DNA of 64,000 nucleotides from an uncultured Candidatus Binatia bacterium (GTDB lineage Bacteria; Desulfobacterota; Binatia; UBA9968; CAXXLF01): assembly GCA_965218425.1 (NCBI GenBank), contig OZ244621.1, forward strand, positions 2,944,001 to 3,008,000, read 5' to 3'. The notes beneath the pieces were generated by a model. It made no database searches. It was not told the DNA's origin and saw nothing but the letters and a program-made list of their open reading frames with translations. This document shows, piece by piece, positions 1-10,150 of this stretch (its first letter is position 1; each line of letters begins with the position of its first letter). A program made the position numbers and the translations under genes.

Positions 1-27
1 GGCGATTCTCGGTCTTGTTGGTTGCAT
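1..27 (-). CDS. 5' end of a gene running off the window edge (MQPTRPRIA...)
   Basis: ATG at 27 on the minus strand, preceded by GGAGG SD, just downstream of the dienelactone hydrolase stop; only 9 codons visible. Confidence 0.5.
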
Positions 28-49
28 GGTTTTGTTCCTCCAACGTAGA

Positions 50-721
50 TTATTTCAAGGTTTCGTCAAAGAACTCCAGGGTCCTCTGAAACGCATCCAT
101 GGCCGAGTCGGGACGATAGACATGGGGAGTTGTATGGCGATGAAAGCCGTGGGGCGCGCCCGGGTAGACCTTCATGTCCAGGCTCTTTCCCAACCTCTCC
201 ATGGCCGGCCTGAACTTTTCGACGGCCCAGGCGGTAATGTTCTTGTCCTCTTCCCCAAAGTTGCCCATTACCGGGGCCTGCAGGCTTGTGAGGAGCTCAA
301 GATTTTCGATCCTTCCATAAAAGACGACACAGGCGCTCATCTTTTGCGGGAATAGACAGGCGGCCCTGAGAGCGAAGCCTCCTCCCATACAGAAGCCAAT
401 GACCCCCGTTTTCCCGGAAGAATAAGGTCTCGATTCGAGGTAGCGGATCCCTGCGTCGATCTTTGTCTTGAATGCCTCTTCTGTTACCTTGTCCCTCAAG
501 GGCCGTCCATCCTCCATCCCATTGGCGGTCTTTCCCTCGAACAAATCCACTGCCAATGCCACATAGCCCGCATTCGACAAACTCCTCGCTACATCCTTTA
601 TGTAATCCACCAGTCCCATGACCTCATGGATTACAATAACGGCTGGTCCTCTGCGCTGGCCATCAGGTGTAAACTCATACCCGAGGATCGTCTCATTGAG
701 TTGAACGGTTGCTTCAGCCAA
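50..721 (-). CDS. Dienelactone hydrolase family protein
   Basis: HE-x-x-G motif (IHEVMG), nucleophile elbow GFCMGG, catalytic His in APHGF; TTG start with AGAGG upstream. Confidence 0.9.
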   Translation of the reverse strand: MAEATVQLNETILGYEFTPDGQRRGPAVIVIHEVMGLVDYIKDVARSLSNAGYVALAVDLFEGKTANGMEDGRPLRDKVTEEAFKTKIDAGIRYLESRPYSSGKTGVIGFCMGGGFALRAACLFPQKMSACVVFYGRIENLELLTSLQAPVMGNFGEEDKNITAWAVEKFRPAMERLGKSLDMKVYPGAPHGFHRHTTPHVYRPDSAMDAFQRTLEFFDETLK

Positions 722-964
722 GGAAACCTCTTTTCTATGAGCTGCCAGAGTTATCTAATGTGCTCTTTAGGTGGTTGTCAAGGAGATGTATTGGGCCACC
801 ACATTTTGCACTCTTCGGGTGTTTGCTCTATTAGAAACTGCACAGGCGACTTCAACTCCAATCCCCAATGGGGCCGCTCGCGGTTATACCACAACGGCCA
901 CGGGATCAACTCGCGGTTAAAGAAGGCATGCCGCTGTCATCGTAAGGACCGTCTTTAAAGCTCT

Positions 965-1915
965 ATGCGCGCTTTAGTTTGGAATGGCCGGAAATTGTGT
1001 TTTGAGCGATCCCATCCCACACCGGAGACGGATGACCGAACGGCCCTGGTTCAGGTGCTCCTGGCCGGTATCTGCTCCACGGACCTCCAGATATTTAAAG
1101 GGTATATGGGTTTTCAAGGCATTCCGGGCCATGAATTTGTGGGGGAGGTCAAGGAAGGCCCTGGGGAGTTGGTTGGCAAAAGGGTGGCGGGAGAAATCAA
1201 TTTTGCCTGTGGTCGTTGTGAGTTTTGTCTTCGGGGGCTTGGACGCCATTGCGCCCAACGCAAGGTCATGGGAATCCTCGGCGCCGATGGCAGCTTTGCT
1301 GAATATATGAGTGTCCCGGTCCAGAACCTGCTCCTTGTGCCTGAAAGCTTGTCCAACGAGGAGGCCGTATTTACAGAGCCCCTGGCGGCGGCCTTTGAGA
1401 TTTCGGAACAGGTTCAGCTCAAGTCTACGGATGATGTGCTGGTGTTGGGCGATGGAAAGCTCGGCCTCCTCTGTGCTCAGGCGTTACGACTGACCGGGGC
1501 CCGCGTGAACTTGCTCGGAAAACATGAAAACAAAGTCTCCCTGCTTAAGGGCATGGGAATTCACACGATTATGCTCTCCGACTGGAAACCCCGCCAGTTC
1601 GACATGGTTGTTGAAGCCACCGGCTCCAGCTCAGGTCTCAAGATGGCGTTGGAGACTGTACGGCCACGTGGCACCCTTGTCCTTAAGAGCACCCTGGCCG
1701 AGCCACATACCCTATCCCTAGCTCCGCTTGTGATCAACGAGGTCACGGTTGTGGGTTCCCGTTGCGGCCCTTTCCTGCCGGCCCTTCAGGCCTTGGCCAA
1801 GAAAAGAGTTGAAGTGACGCCGCTGATCGATGGGATTTATTCTCTGAATGACGGAGCGCAGGCCGTTGCCCATGCGGCACAATCCGGTGCGTTAAAGGTC
1901 CTCTTGCGTAATTGA
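965..1915 (+). CDS. Zinc-dependent medium-chain alcohol dehydrogenase (MDR family)
   Basis: GICSTD, GHEFVG, structural Zn C-x2-C-x2-C-x7-C, Rossmann GDGKLG. Confidence 0.9.
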   Translation: MRALVWNGRKLCFERSHPTPETDDRTALVQVLLAGICSTDLQIFKGYMGFQGIPGHEFVGEVKEGPGELVGKRVAGEINFACGRCEFCLRGLGRHCAQRKVMGILGADGSFAEYMSVPVQNLLLVPESLSNEEAVFTEPLAAAFEISEQVQLKSTDDVLVLGDGKLGLLCAQALRLTGARVNLLGKHENKVSLLKGMGIHTIMLSDWKPRQFDMVVEATGSSSGLKMALETVRPRGTLVLKSTLAEPHTLSLAPLVINEVTVVGSRCGPFLPALQALAKKRVEVTPLIDGIYSLNDGAQAVAHAAQSGALKVLLRN

Positions 1916-2028
1916 AAATAGGTCGAGCCACCCACGTTCACTACAAGCAGCCTTGTCACCAAAGCAAGAATAGGGTTATAGAGTAGGGCCGGGCCGTAGC
2001 TTCATCTACGCCAAGGAGGATACTCATA

Positions 2029-2742
2029 ATGGACGCTTTTGAGGATCATTGCTGGAAAGACGTGGTGAGCCAGGAAGTGCTGGAGATTTACAAGCCCTAC
2101 CAGAGAAAAACCTACGTGGGTGAAAGGGCGGCACTGCTGGCCGTTGATCTTTACAACCTTGTTTATGAGGGGGGTCCCAAGCCCGTGCATGAGGTGGTCA
2201 AAGAGCACAAGAGTTCCTGCGGGATTCACGCCTACGACGCCGTCAAGCCCATTCAGGGGTTGTTGGCCATGGCGCGCTCCAAAGGGATCCCAATCATTTA
2301 TACCACCAGCGAGACGCGCAAGGAGGCCAAGCCAAAGACCGTGCACGCAACCAACCGGCGGGTGGACGAAATCGGCCAGAGCGCCTACGAGATCTATCAC
2401 GATTTCAAGCCGGAGACGGGTGACCTGATCATTTACAAGGAACGGGCCAGCGGTTTTTTCGGTACGTCTTTGATTGCCCACCTGACCCGCATGGGTATCG
2501 GTTCACTCATCGTGTGCGGCGAGACCACGAGCGGTTGCGTTCGCGCCAGTGTGGTGGATGCCTATTCCTATGGATTTCACACGGTGACGGTTGAGGAATG
2601 CTGCTTTGATCGAAGCCTTCTTTCCCACAAGGTGAACCTCTTCGATCTGCATCACAAGTACTCGGACGTCATGCATTTGGACGAAGTCGGAATGTGGTTT
2701 AAGGAACAAAAAAACATCACAGGGAAGGTAAAATTGGGATGA
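2029..2742 (+). CDS. Isochorismatase-family cysteine hydrolase (maleamate amidohydrolase / N-carbamoylsarcosine amidase-like)
   Basis: Asp-Lys-Cys triad: AVDL, KERASGF, GETTSGCVRASVVDA; AGGAGG SD. Confidence 0.85.
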   Translation: MDAFEDHCWKDVVSQEVLEIYKPYQRKTYVGERAALLAVDLYNLVYEGGPKPVHEVVKEHKSSCGIHAYDAVKPIQGLLAMARSKGIPIIYTTSETRKEAKPKTVHATNRRVDEIGQSAYEIYHDFKPETGDLIIYKERASGFFGTSLIAHLTRMGIGSLIVCGETTSGCVRASVVDAYSYGFHTVTVEECCFDRSLLSHKVNLFDLHHKYSDVMHLDEVGMWFKEQKNITGKVKLG

Positions 2743-5018
2743 GAGGGGTCACCCGGAACAATCGGCGGTCGAAACCGAGTCTCATCGGTCGCGGCATTGC
2801 GCGCGTGGACGGCCTGAGCAAAGTCACAGGAAAATGCCGATACTCAGCGGACGTGCAGCGTCCGGATGCCCTATGGGGAGGCTTCGTTCGCAGCCCCTTC
2901 TCCCATGCGCGCATCTTGCACCTCGATGCGACCCGAGCCCGCGCCCTACCAGGCGTCAAAGCGGTGGTCACCGGCAAGGATGTCGCACCACGCTTGGAAG
3001 GGATCTCTCTTCGGGACATGCCTGTACTCGCCCGTGACCGGGTGCGGTACATTGGAGAAAAGGTGGCCGCTATTGCCGCGGTGGACAAAGACGCCCTCGA
3101 AGAGGCATCGTCGTTGGTGGACGTGGAATATGAGGAAATGCCGGCTGTTTTCGATCCCCTGGAAGCGATGGAGCCCGACGCCCCCGTCCTCCATCCTGAT
3201 TATGCCGCCTATCAGGGCCCCAATAAAGTTGACTCTCTTAAGAACGTTCAATCCATCGAGGAGGCCGCCAAGGGCGATATCGTTCAGGGCTTCGCCGAGT
3301 CCGATCAGATTTTTGAAGACACCTATCGCACCCAGGCGGTGCATCAGGCGTTCATTGAACCCAGGGCGGGTGTTGTGGAAATCGACGAAGAAGGCCGTAT
3401 ATCGGTGTGGCATTGTCACCAAGCCCCGTTCAACGTGCGGAAGTGGTTGGCCGCCCATACCGGACTGCCTCAAGAAAAGATCGTGGTGCACTCGGTGGCC
3501 ACAGGTGGATCTTTTGGAGGCAAAGAAGGTTATCACGACGTCCTTTGCACCTATTATTTGGCATGTGCCGCCGGCAAGCCGGTGAAGTTTGTATCAAGCT
3601 ATTCGGAGGAACTCCTCGATGGTGAACCGCGACATTCCGCAGTGGCGGTGATTCGCTCGGGGGTCAAGAGGGATGGCAGGCTATGGGCATGGGAGGGTAA
3701 GATTTTTTACAACGGCGGGGCTTATGCGGCACGCACCCCGAGGAACGGCCTCAATGGCACCTATCAATTGGCCGGTTCCTACCGAACTCCCCACGTAAGA
3801 ATAGAAGGAAAGATCGTCTATACCAATCAGGTGCCCTGCGGTTATTTCCGGGCACCCGGGGAAGTCTCAACTCTCTTTGCGGTGGAGAGCCATATGGACG
3901 GGATCGCACAGGTCCTTGGGTTAGATCCTTTAGAGTTCCGCCTGTTGAACGCCATCAGAGAAGGGGACACCAAAGCAACTGGAAGTCTGCTGCGCGACAC
4001 CCGCGCCAAGGAAGTGTTGCAGCGAATACAGGAAATTTGTCGGAGGCGCAGGCCCACGTCTTCTCTCAAAACAAAGTGCCCGAGTGTTTCAGTGGGACGG
4101 GGCATGAGCTTTGGTGACCGGCACATTGGACTTGGGGAGTGCAACGTCGAGTTGTTCTTGCAGCCCGATGGATCGCTGCGCCTGGTCAACGCGGTGCGAG
4201 ACGTGGGGGTTGGCGCTCACACGATGCACCGACAAATTGCCGCGGAAGTTCTCGGAGTGGAACCGCAACGGGTGGCCATCGATGTCAGGGGAACCGATAC
4301 GGGCCCTTACGATGACGGCGTCAGAGCCCAGCGCGGAGTGTACATTGAGGGCCACGCCGTTTCTCGTGCGGCGGCTTCGCTTATGGAATTCCTGCTGAAG
4401 CGCGCTGCCGAATATTGGCAGGTGAAGGAGGACAGGGTTCTGTGGGAGCGGGGGCGGGCATTCCTTAAAGGTCCCCAAAAAAAGTCTTTGTCTCTACGTG
4501 ATCTGGCCCGAATTTCCAGAAACGAAACCCTCTGTGGACATGGACGTTTTGAGTCCGATTATCCCGATTTTCATTGTTTTCAATCCATGGCCGCGGACGT
4601 AGAAGTGGATCGAGAGACCGGTCAGGTCCGCGTTCGACAAATTCATTTTGCAGTGGATGTGACGAAGATCATCAACCCAATTACGCACCAGGGGCAAATC
4701 GATGGCGCCGTGACTCAGGGCCTGGGCTTTACGCTCATGGAACACATGGTCGTTGATGATGGGCGGGTTACGACACTCAGCTTGGGTGACTACAAGATCC
4801 CTACCGTCTCCGACGTGCCGCCTTGCGCCACTTCTCTCGTGAAGGCTAGGGAAGGGCCTGGGCCATTTCAGGCAAAGGCGGTGGCTGAGGTAGGCATTGG
4901 AATCACGGCTCCCGCTATCGCCAACGCGGTTTATAACGCCACCGGCGTGAGAATCACGGAACTGCCAATCACTTCCGAGAAGATCCTCAAGGGGCTGAAA
5001 GAGAGTGGAGCGAAATAA
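2739..5018 (+). CDS. Xanthine dehydrogenase-family molybdopterin-binding large subunit
   Basis: RVDGLSKVTG, FIEPRAG, GGSFGGK, FRAPG, GQIDGAVTQG, catalytic Glu in AKAVAE; ATGA overlap with the upstream amidase. Confidence 0.9.
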   Translation: MRGVTRNNRRSKPSLIGRGIARVDGLSKVTGKCRYSADVQRPDALWGGFVRSPFSHARILHLDATRARALPGVKAVVTGKDVAPRLEGISLRDMPVLARDRVRYIGEKVAAIAAVDKDALEEASSLVDVEYEEMPAVFDPLEAMEPDAPVLHPDYAAYQGPNKVDSLKNVQSIEEAAKGDIVQGFAESDQIFEDTYRTQAVHQAFIEPRAGVVEIDEEGRISVWHCHQAPFNVRKWLAAHTGLPQEKIVVHSVATGGSFGGKEGYHDVLCTYYLACAAGKPVKFVSSYSEELLDGEPRHSAVAVIRSGVKRDGRLWAWEGKIFYNGGAYAARTPRNGLNGTYQLAGSYRTPHVRIEGKIVYTNQVPCGYFRAPGEVSTLFAVESHMDGIAQVLGLDPLEFRLLNAIREGDTKATGSLLRDTRAKEVLQRIQEICRRRRPTSSLKTKCPSVSVGRGMSFGDRHIGLGECNVELFLQPDGSLRLVNAVRDVGVGAHTMHRQIAAEVLGVEPQRVAIDVRGTDTGPYDDGVRAQRGVYIEGHAVSRAAASLMEFLLKRAAEYWQVKEDRVLWERGRAFLKGPQKKSLSLRDLARISRNETLCGHGRFESDYPDFHCFQSMAADVEVDRETGQVRVRQIHFAVDVTKIINPITHQGQIDGAVTQGLGFTLMEHMVVDDGRVTTLSLGDYKIPTVSDVPPCATSLVKAREGPGPFQAKAVAEVGIGITAPAIANAVYNATGVRITELPITSEKILKGLKESGAK

Positions 5019-5264
5019 TTTACCCCGAACCACAGAACGCCCCGGGCGCGAGCCCTGGGATGAATGTTCCGAACTTCCCCGCAGGCAAGCGCCCCCAAAG
5101 CCAGGGCCGTAATTCCGTGGTGCGGGGTTTACCTCCGGCGGAGTAGGCAAAGAGGGCGCTTCGGTGGATTTCGCCAAAGAAATGAAGGAGAACAGAGGTG
5201 TAAACCGCGGAAGCTTCATTGGCGCGGGCCGCGGGGTTAGGTATGAGAGTCATGGAGGGTTTCA

Positions 5265-6752
5265 ATGGCGGAAGCTTCATCCGGTCGTAAAGTAGGAACG
5301 GTTTCTTCAAATCAGGACCTTCGGACATGGCTCCACCAGGTGGAGGCCCTGGGAGAGCTAAAGGTTATTAGCGGTGCTCACTGGGACTTGGAGATCGGAG
5401 TCCTCAGCGAAGTTGTTGAACGGTCGCGCCGTGGACCGGCCGTGCTCTTTGACTCTGTCCCAGGATACCCTAAAGGCTACCGTATACTCGTCAATAGCCT
5501 TGGCTCCATCCGGCGGATTGCCCTTAGCCTGGGTCTTCCCTTGGAGATACCCCTCGTTGAGCTCATGGTGCGCTGGCGGGAAAAGCTCAAGAGTCTCAAA
5601 CCTGTCCCTGTTCGCACTGTGACCGATGGTCCAGTAATGAAGAACGCCTTAACCGGGCAGGCGGTGGATCTCTATAAACTTCCTACCCCTAAATGGCACG
5701 AGCACGATGGCGGACGGTATTTGGGGACGGCGTGCGCCGTTGCCACGATGGATCCAGAGGAGGGATGGGTCAATGTAGGGACCTATAGGATGATGATACT
5801 GGATGAGAAGCGGGCGGGGCTTTACATCTCTCCCGGCAAACACGGTCGCCTTCATCGAGAGAAATGGTTCGCTAGTAAAAGGCCTATGCCTGTGGCCGTT
5901 TCCCTAGGCCATGATCCCCTCATGTTTTTGGTTAGCAGTATCGATGTCCCCTACGGAACCTGTGAGTACGATTATGCCGGTGGAATCAAGGGTACGCCGG
6001 TTGAAGTACTGAAAGGTCCCATAACGGGTCTCCCCATACCGGCCCAGGCGGAAATTGTTCTGGAGGGTTTTGTTCATCCTGACAAGGCTCTTCCTGAAGG
6101 ACCCTTCGGAGAGTGGACAGGATACTACGCGAGCGCCGTGCGTGATGAACCCTTCATGGAGGTAGCCGGACTTTACTGTCGAAATGATCCTATTATCCTG
6201 GGCGCTCCTCCCTTACGGCCTCCCACGGCAGAGAACCTGTGGAGGGCCTTTCTCTCCTCGGCTCAAATATGGGAGTTCCTAGAACGCAGCGGCGTGCCTG
6301 ATGTCACGGGTGTTTGGTGCCATGAGGCTGGGGCGGCAAAGCTTTTCATTGTGGTGGCCATCAAGCAGAGATACGCCGGCCACGCAAAGCAGGCGGCTAT
6401 TGCAGCCTCCCAGGGCAGCCAGGCCGGGGCCTATCTGGGTCGCTATGTAGTGGTAGTGGATGAGGATATTGACGCCATGAATCTGGAAGAGGTGATCTGG
6501 GCCATGTGTACCCGGGCTGAGCCGGCCAGAGACATTGACGTCGTGCGGCAATGCTGGAGCGGTCCGTTAGACCCTCTTCTTAGCCCTCAGCAGCGAGAGG
6601 CACGGGAGTATTTCAACTCCCGCGCCATTATTGACGCTACCCGGCCTTTTCATTGGAAGGAGCATTTCCCTCGCGTTTCGCAGTCTAGCCCAGAGACAAG
6701 GAATAGTGTGTTGACCAAATGGAGGCAGTTGGTGGACGAACTCACCCTATAA
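5265..6752 (+). CDS. UbiD-family prenyl-FMN decarboxylase
   Basis: DGGRY, NVGTYR, EGPFGEWTGYY, VVVVDEDID, IIDATRP motifs. Confidence 0.9.
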   Translation: MAEASSGRKVGTVSSNQDLRTWLHQVEALGELKVISGAHWDLEIGVLSEVVERSRRGPAVLFDSVPGYPKGYRILVNSLGSIRRIALSLGLPLEIPLVELMVRWREKLKSLKPVPVRTVTDGPVMKNALTGQAVDLYKLPTPKWHEHDGGRYLGTACAVATMDPEEGWVNVGTYRMMILDEKRAGLYISPGKHGRLHREKWFASKRPMPVAVSLGHDPLMFLVSSIDVPYGTCEYDYAGGIKGTPVEVLKGPITGLPIPAQAEIVLEGFVHPDKALPEGPFGEWTGYYASAVRDEPFMEVAGLYCRNDPIILGAPPLRPPTAENLWRAFLSSAQIWEFLERSGVPDVTGVWCHEAGAAKLFIVVAIKQRYAGHAKQAAIAASQGSQAGAYLGRYVVVVDEDIDAMNLEEVIWAMCTRAEPARDIDVVRQCWSGPLDPLLSPQQREAREYFNSRAIIDATRPFHWKEHFPRVSQSSPETRNSVLTKWRQLVDELTL

Positions 6753-6802
6753 ATTCGCCCTGGCCAATCTATATCGGAGAATATTATTTTGCGGAGCATA
6801 CA

Positions 6803-6831
6803 TTGACAGACGTCCCGTGAAATCGTATACA
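6803..6831 (+). promoter_or_regulatory. Putative sigma70 promoter of the ABC operon
   Basis: TTGACA-N17-TATACA, about 50 nt upstream of the AGGAGG/ATG at 6884. Confidence 0.5.
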
Positions 6832-6883
6832 GCGACGGCCTATACTATCGAATTTTAAGATTCTATTTCTTAGGAGGTCAAAT

Positions 6884-7851
6884 ATGAGACGCGTTCTATT
6901 ACGTGTCCTGTTTTTCGGCTTTCTGAGTCTGGCGCTAAAGTCCGCGATTGTACCTACCGCTTCGGCTGCAGGACCTATAAAGGTACGCCTGGGCGGGGTA
7001 GCCAAGTGGTCGGCAAGTGGATGGATTGCACAACTGGGGGCAAGACAGGGTTACTTTCTTAAGCATGGGTTGGCCCCGGAAATCACCTGGACCTATAAGC
7101 AGGAGGAAGCTTTACTGGGCAAATCCATCGATATCTCGAGCTACGAGCCAGGTCGACTTCTGCTGAACCACAGTCGCGGAGGTAAGGTCCAGGGCATCGG
7201 CGTGCAACAAAAAAACCGGGTTTTGCCATTGTAGCGCGCCCCGAAATTAAATCGCTGAAAGACTTGGAGGGGAAGGTCATGGCAGTGTCCGCGGTTCCTG
7301 GAGGCGACCAGATGGTGGTGCTGACCAATATCCAGATAAAGCACGGCATCAAATTGACCTATCGGAAGATTGGGGGATCGCCTCAGCGCTTAGCGGCGGT
7401 GTCAAACAAACTTGCCGATGCGGCACCCATCATGACGCCGATTCATCTTAGGGCCAAAAAGATGGGATTAAACATTTTAGTGCCTCCGGAGACCATGGAA
7501 TACCCCTGGCTTTCCTACAATGTTCGACAAGAGTGGTTGGGTAAGAATCGGGACGTGGCGGCGCGGTTATTGAGGGCGTTAAACGATACCATTGAATGGA
7601 TGTACGATCCGGCCAATGAACGGTCGTTGAAGAAATTCATCCACGGGACTCTTAGAAAACCCACGGACGAGTTGGTCAACATAGGCTATGATTTCAATAT
7701 CAAGAATCGGAACCTTGATTTGAGGGGATACCAGGAGAAAGAAATGGAGTTCCTGGCCAAAGGTCTGGAAGCGGCCGGGGTGATCGCCAAGGGATACGAT
7801 TGGCGGCGCGCGGTGGATAATTCATTGGTTCGAGAGGCCCTCGGAAAATGA
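6884..7851 (+). pseudogene. NitT/TauT (NMT1/THI5-like) ABC substrate-binding protein, split by a 1-nt frameshift
   Basis: Signal peptide; GYFLKHGL; adding one A to the A7 run (7209-7215) joins the frames through QQKKPGFAIVARPEIKSLKDLEGK into ORF 7264-7851. May be an assembly error. Confidence 0.8.
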
Positions 7852-8674
7852 AGGCTAGCCAGATCGCGGTAGATGTTCAAGACGACCATGTTGTTGCCCC
7901 GCTAGGTAAACGGGGGGAGGAGTTTTTCCGCCCAATTAGGCCATTATCTTGCCAGCCTCGCCTTTGGGGCGGTGGTGTGGGAAGTCATTGGACATTTTGT
8001 GTCTCCTCTTTTCTTTGCCCCCCTCTCTAAGGTTCTAGTGGCTCTGTGGAATTTGATTGTCACAGGGGAGCTCTGGGGGGCACGCCTCGATCACATTCAC
8101 CGAGCTCAGCGTGGGTTATTCCCTGGCGGTCATTGTGGGCTTGTGCGGCGGCATTGCTACGAGCTTGAGTAAGACGGTTAAGAAACTCTTCGACCCATGG
8201 TTAACCTTTATCTACTTAACCCCCTATGTGGCTTTCACTCCCCTGTTGATCATCGCCCTTGGCTTAGGGGTCGCTCCCAAGATGGCCATCGCTTTTATTG
8301 GGTCTCTTATTCCAATCTGGTGGAACACCCAACTAGGCCTTTTGTCTACCGAACCCGCCATGATTGAAGTTGCAAGGGCTTTCGGTGCGAGCAGATCCCA
8401 GGTCGTGTACCTCGTCATGTTTCGGTTTGCGGTGCCGTCCTTCCTGGTGGGTCTTCGCTTGGGTTTTTCCAGAGCGCTAATCGGTGTGATCGTGACGGAG
8501 TTTATGGCGTCCACACGGGGTCTGGGATTTCTCATTGACGACGCGGGTAGCTGGTTGTTACCGGACGTGCTGCTGGCCGGGGTTCTCGTCATCGGGTTGT
8601 TCTCGATCTGTGTCGTAGAGTTTTTAAAATGGTTGGAAACCAAGCTCGCTCCATGGGGCTTGCGGGCATTGTAG
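7848..8674 (+). pseudogene. NitT/TauT ABC permease with two 1-nt frameshifts
   Basis: Removing one G from each G6 run (7912-7917, 8075-8080) gives one ORF: ...LAFGAVVWEVIG...PLSKV...GELWGHASITF...EVARAFGAS (EAA loop)...GLGFLI. Confidence 0.8.
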
Positions 8675-8819
8675 GGGCTCCGGGACCCGCCTAAGGAGCC
8701 TAATGCGACGTTACTGCACGAATCCCGTGCCTCGTATAGGTGGGTCTGAGCGCGACGTAGGCGTCCAAAGACGCATCATGGCAACCGGCGGTGGCGGTAC
8801 GAAGGATTGAGATCGTATT

Positions 8820-9611
8820 ATGGCCTTTCTTGAAGTGAACAGCGTGGGTGTACAGTTTGATACCGGTATGGGGACGGTAGAGGCGGTGCGAGAGGCCCGC
8901 CTTGAGGTCCAAAAAGGAGAATTCGTATGTGTTGTGGGTCCCAGTGGATGCGGCAAGACCACTCTGTTGCGTGTGATCTCCGGTCTGATTACGGCCAACC
9001 GGGGAGTTGTCACATTGAACGGCGAGCCCGTGACTCAACCACGCAAGGAGATGGGTTTTGTATTCCAAGCGGATTCTCTTTTCCCTTGGTCAACGGTCGA
9101 GGATAACATCACCTTTGGGCTTAGAATTCAGCACCGGCCCTTGGCGGAGCGTCGGTCCGTAGCGCGACGGCTTATCGACATGGTTGGGCTCAAAGGATTT
9201 GAACGCCGATTTCCGCATGAGCTCTCCGGAGGGATGAAGCAAAGGGTTAACCTGGCTAGGGGACTGGCCATCGACCCTCAGATTCTCCTCATGGACGAAC
9301 CCCTAGCAGCCCTGGACGCCCAAACGAGGGAACTGATGCAGATCGAATTGCAAGATATATGCGTCAAGGCCGGAAAGACCGTTCTGTTCGTCACCCATCA
9401 GATTGACGAGGCGGTCTGTCTTGCGGATCGTGTGATTGTAATGTCAGCCAGGCCATCCGTGGTTAAACAGGCCTTGCACATTGACATCAAGCGGCCACGA
9501 GCACTCGGGGTCAAACGCACTCCTGAATTCAATGCCTATGTGGATCAGATATGGCGCCAGATAGAGAGTGATGCGAAGGAGGCACTTGCAAGTTCGGAGG
9601 CTTTGCCATAG
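8820..9611 (+). CDS. NitT/TauT-family ABC transporter ATP-binding protein
   Basis: Walker A GPSGCGKT, signature LSGGMKQR, Walker B LLMDEP, VTH. Confidence 0.93.
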   Translation: MAFLEVNSVGVQFDTGMGTVEAVREARLEVQKGEFVCVVGPSGCGKTTLLRVISGLITANRGVVTLNGEPVTQPRKEMGFVFQADSLFPWSTVEDNITFGLRIQHRPLAERRSVARRLIDMVGLKGFERRFPHELSGGMKQRVNLARGLAIDPQILLMDEPLAALDAQTRELMQIELQDICVKAGKTVLFVTHQIDEAVCLADRVIVMSARPSVVKQALHIDIKRPRALGVKRTPEFNAYVDQIWRQIESDAKEALASSEALP

Positions 9612-9652
9612 CTTGCATAGCCCTTCGGACCTCGAGCCGCCCTGCGCCCCCC

Positions 9653-10150
9653 TCAAACCGTCCATAGTTCCCAGAGCCACCCTTCGATCCACGGAGTGTG
9701 GAGCACCATCTCGAATAATCCGTACATGAAGCTGCCTACCAGCAATGGAATAATGAGGGTAATCAACCATCGTTCGTGGGCATGGAATCTTAAGTAGAGT
9801 AGAGAAAACAGAGGTATTGCGATCAACATTCCGATGGTCAGAATGGTCAACAGAAAACCCACCAGCCAGGCCCAGATCTCAATGCTCCTCCAGCGCAGCA
9901 CAGCGGGGTCCTCCTCTCCTAAAATGCCAATGTCCATGGATTGCTCTGCCGCCTGGGTCTGCGGAGAATAGAGAGACCTCCATAGTTCTCGAACCACGTA
10001 AAACGAGAGTAAAACGATGCCCACCGCCACGAGACTCAAGGGAAAGAGCCTTGCGGAAAAGGGCCATGATTGAGCCTGCCATCCAAGGAAGAGCAACGTG
10101 ATGATACACACCACGGGAAATAACAATGGTAATTTCAGCATAGGGGTCAT
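9653..10150 (-). CDS. Tripartite tricarboxylate transporter TctB-like small membrane protein
   Basis: Four or five hydrophobic segments, ARLFP motif, overlaps the tctA stop. Confidence 0.75.
   Translation of the reverse strand: MTPMLKLPLLFPVVCIITLLFLGWQAQSWPFSARLFPLSLVAVGIVLLSFYVVRELWRSLYSPQTQAAEQSMDIGILGEEDPAVLRWRSIEIWAWLVGFLLTILTIGMLIAIPLFSLLYLRFHAHERWLITLIIPLLVGSFMYGLFEMVLHTPWIEGWLWELWTV

Noticed and set aside
2866..5219. Long alternative-frame and antisense ORFs (for example 2866-3585 +, 4494-5219 -, and 39375-40052 - elsewhere)
   Set aside because: They shadow well-supported genes and have no recognisable motifs; expected in GC-rich coding DNA
5207..5280. 13-bp direct repeat gcggaagcttcat near the ubiD start
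   Set aside because: Only two copies, one inside the CDS, with no supporting structure; could be chance or a small local duplication
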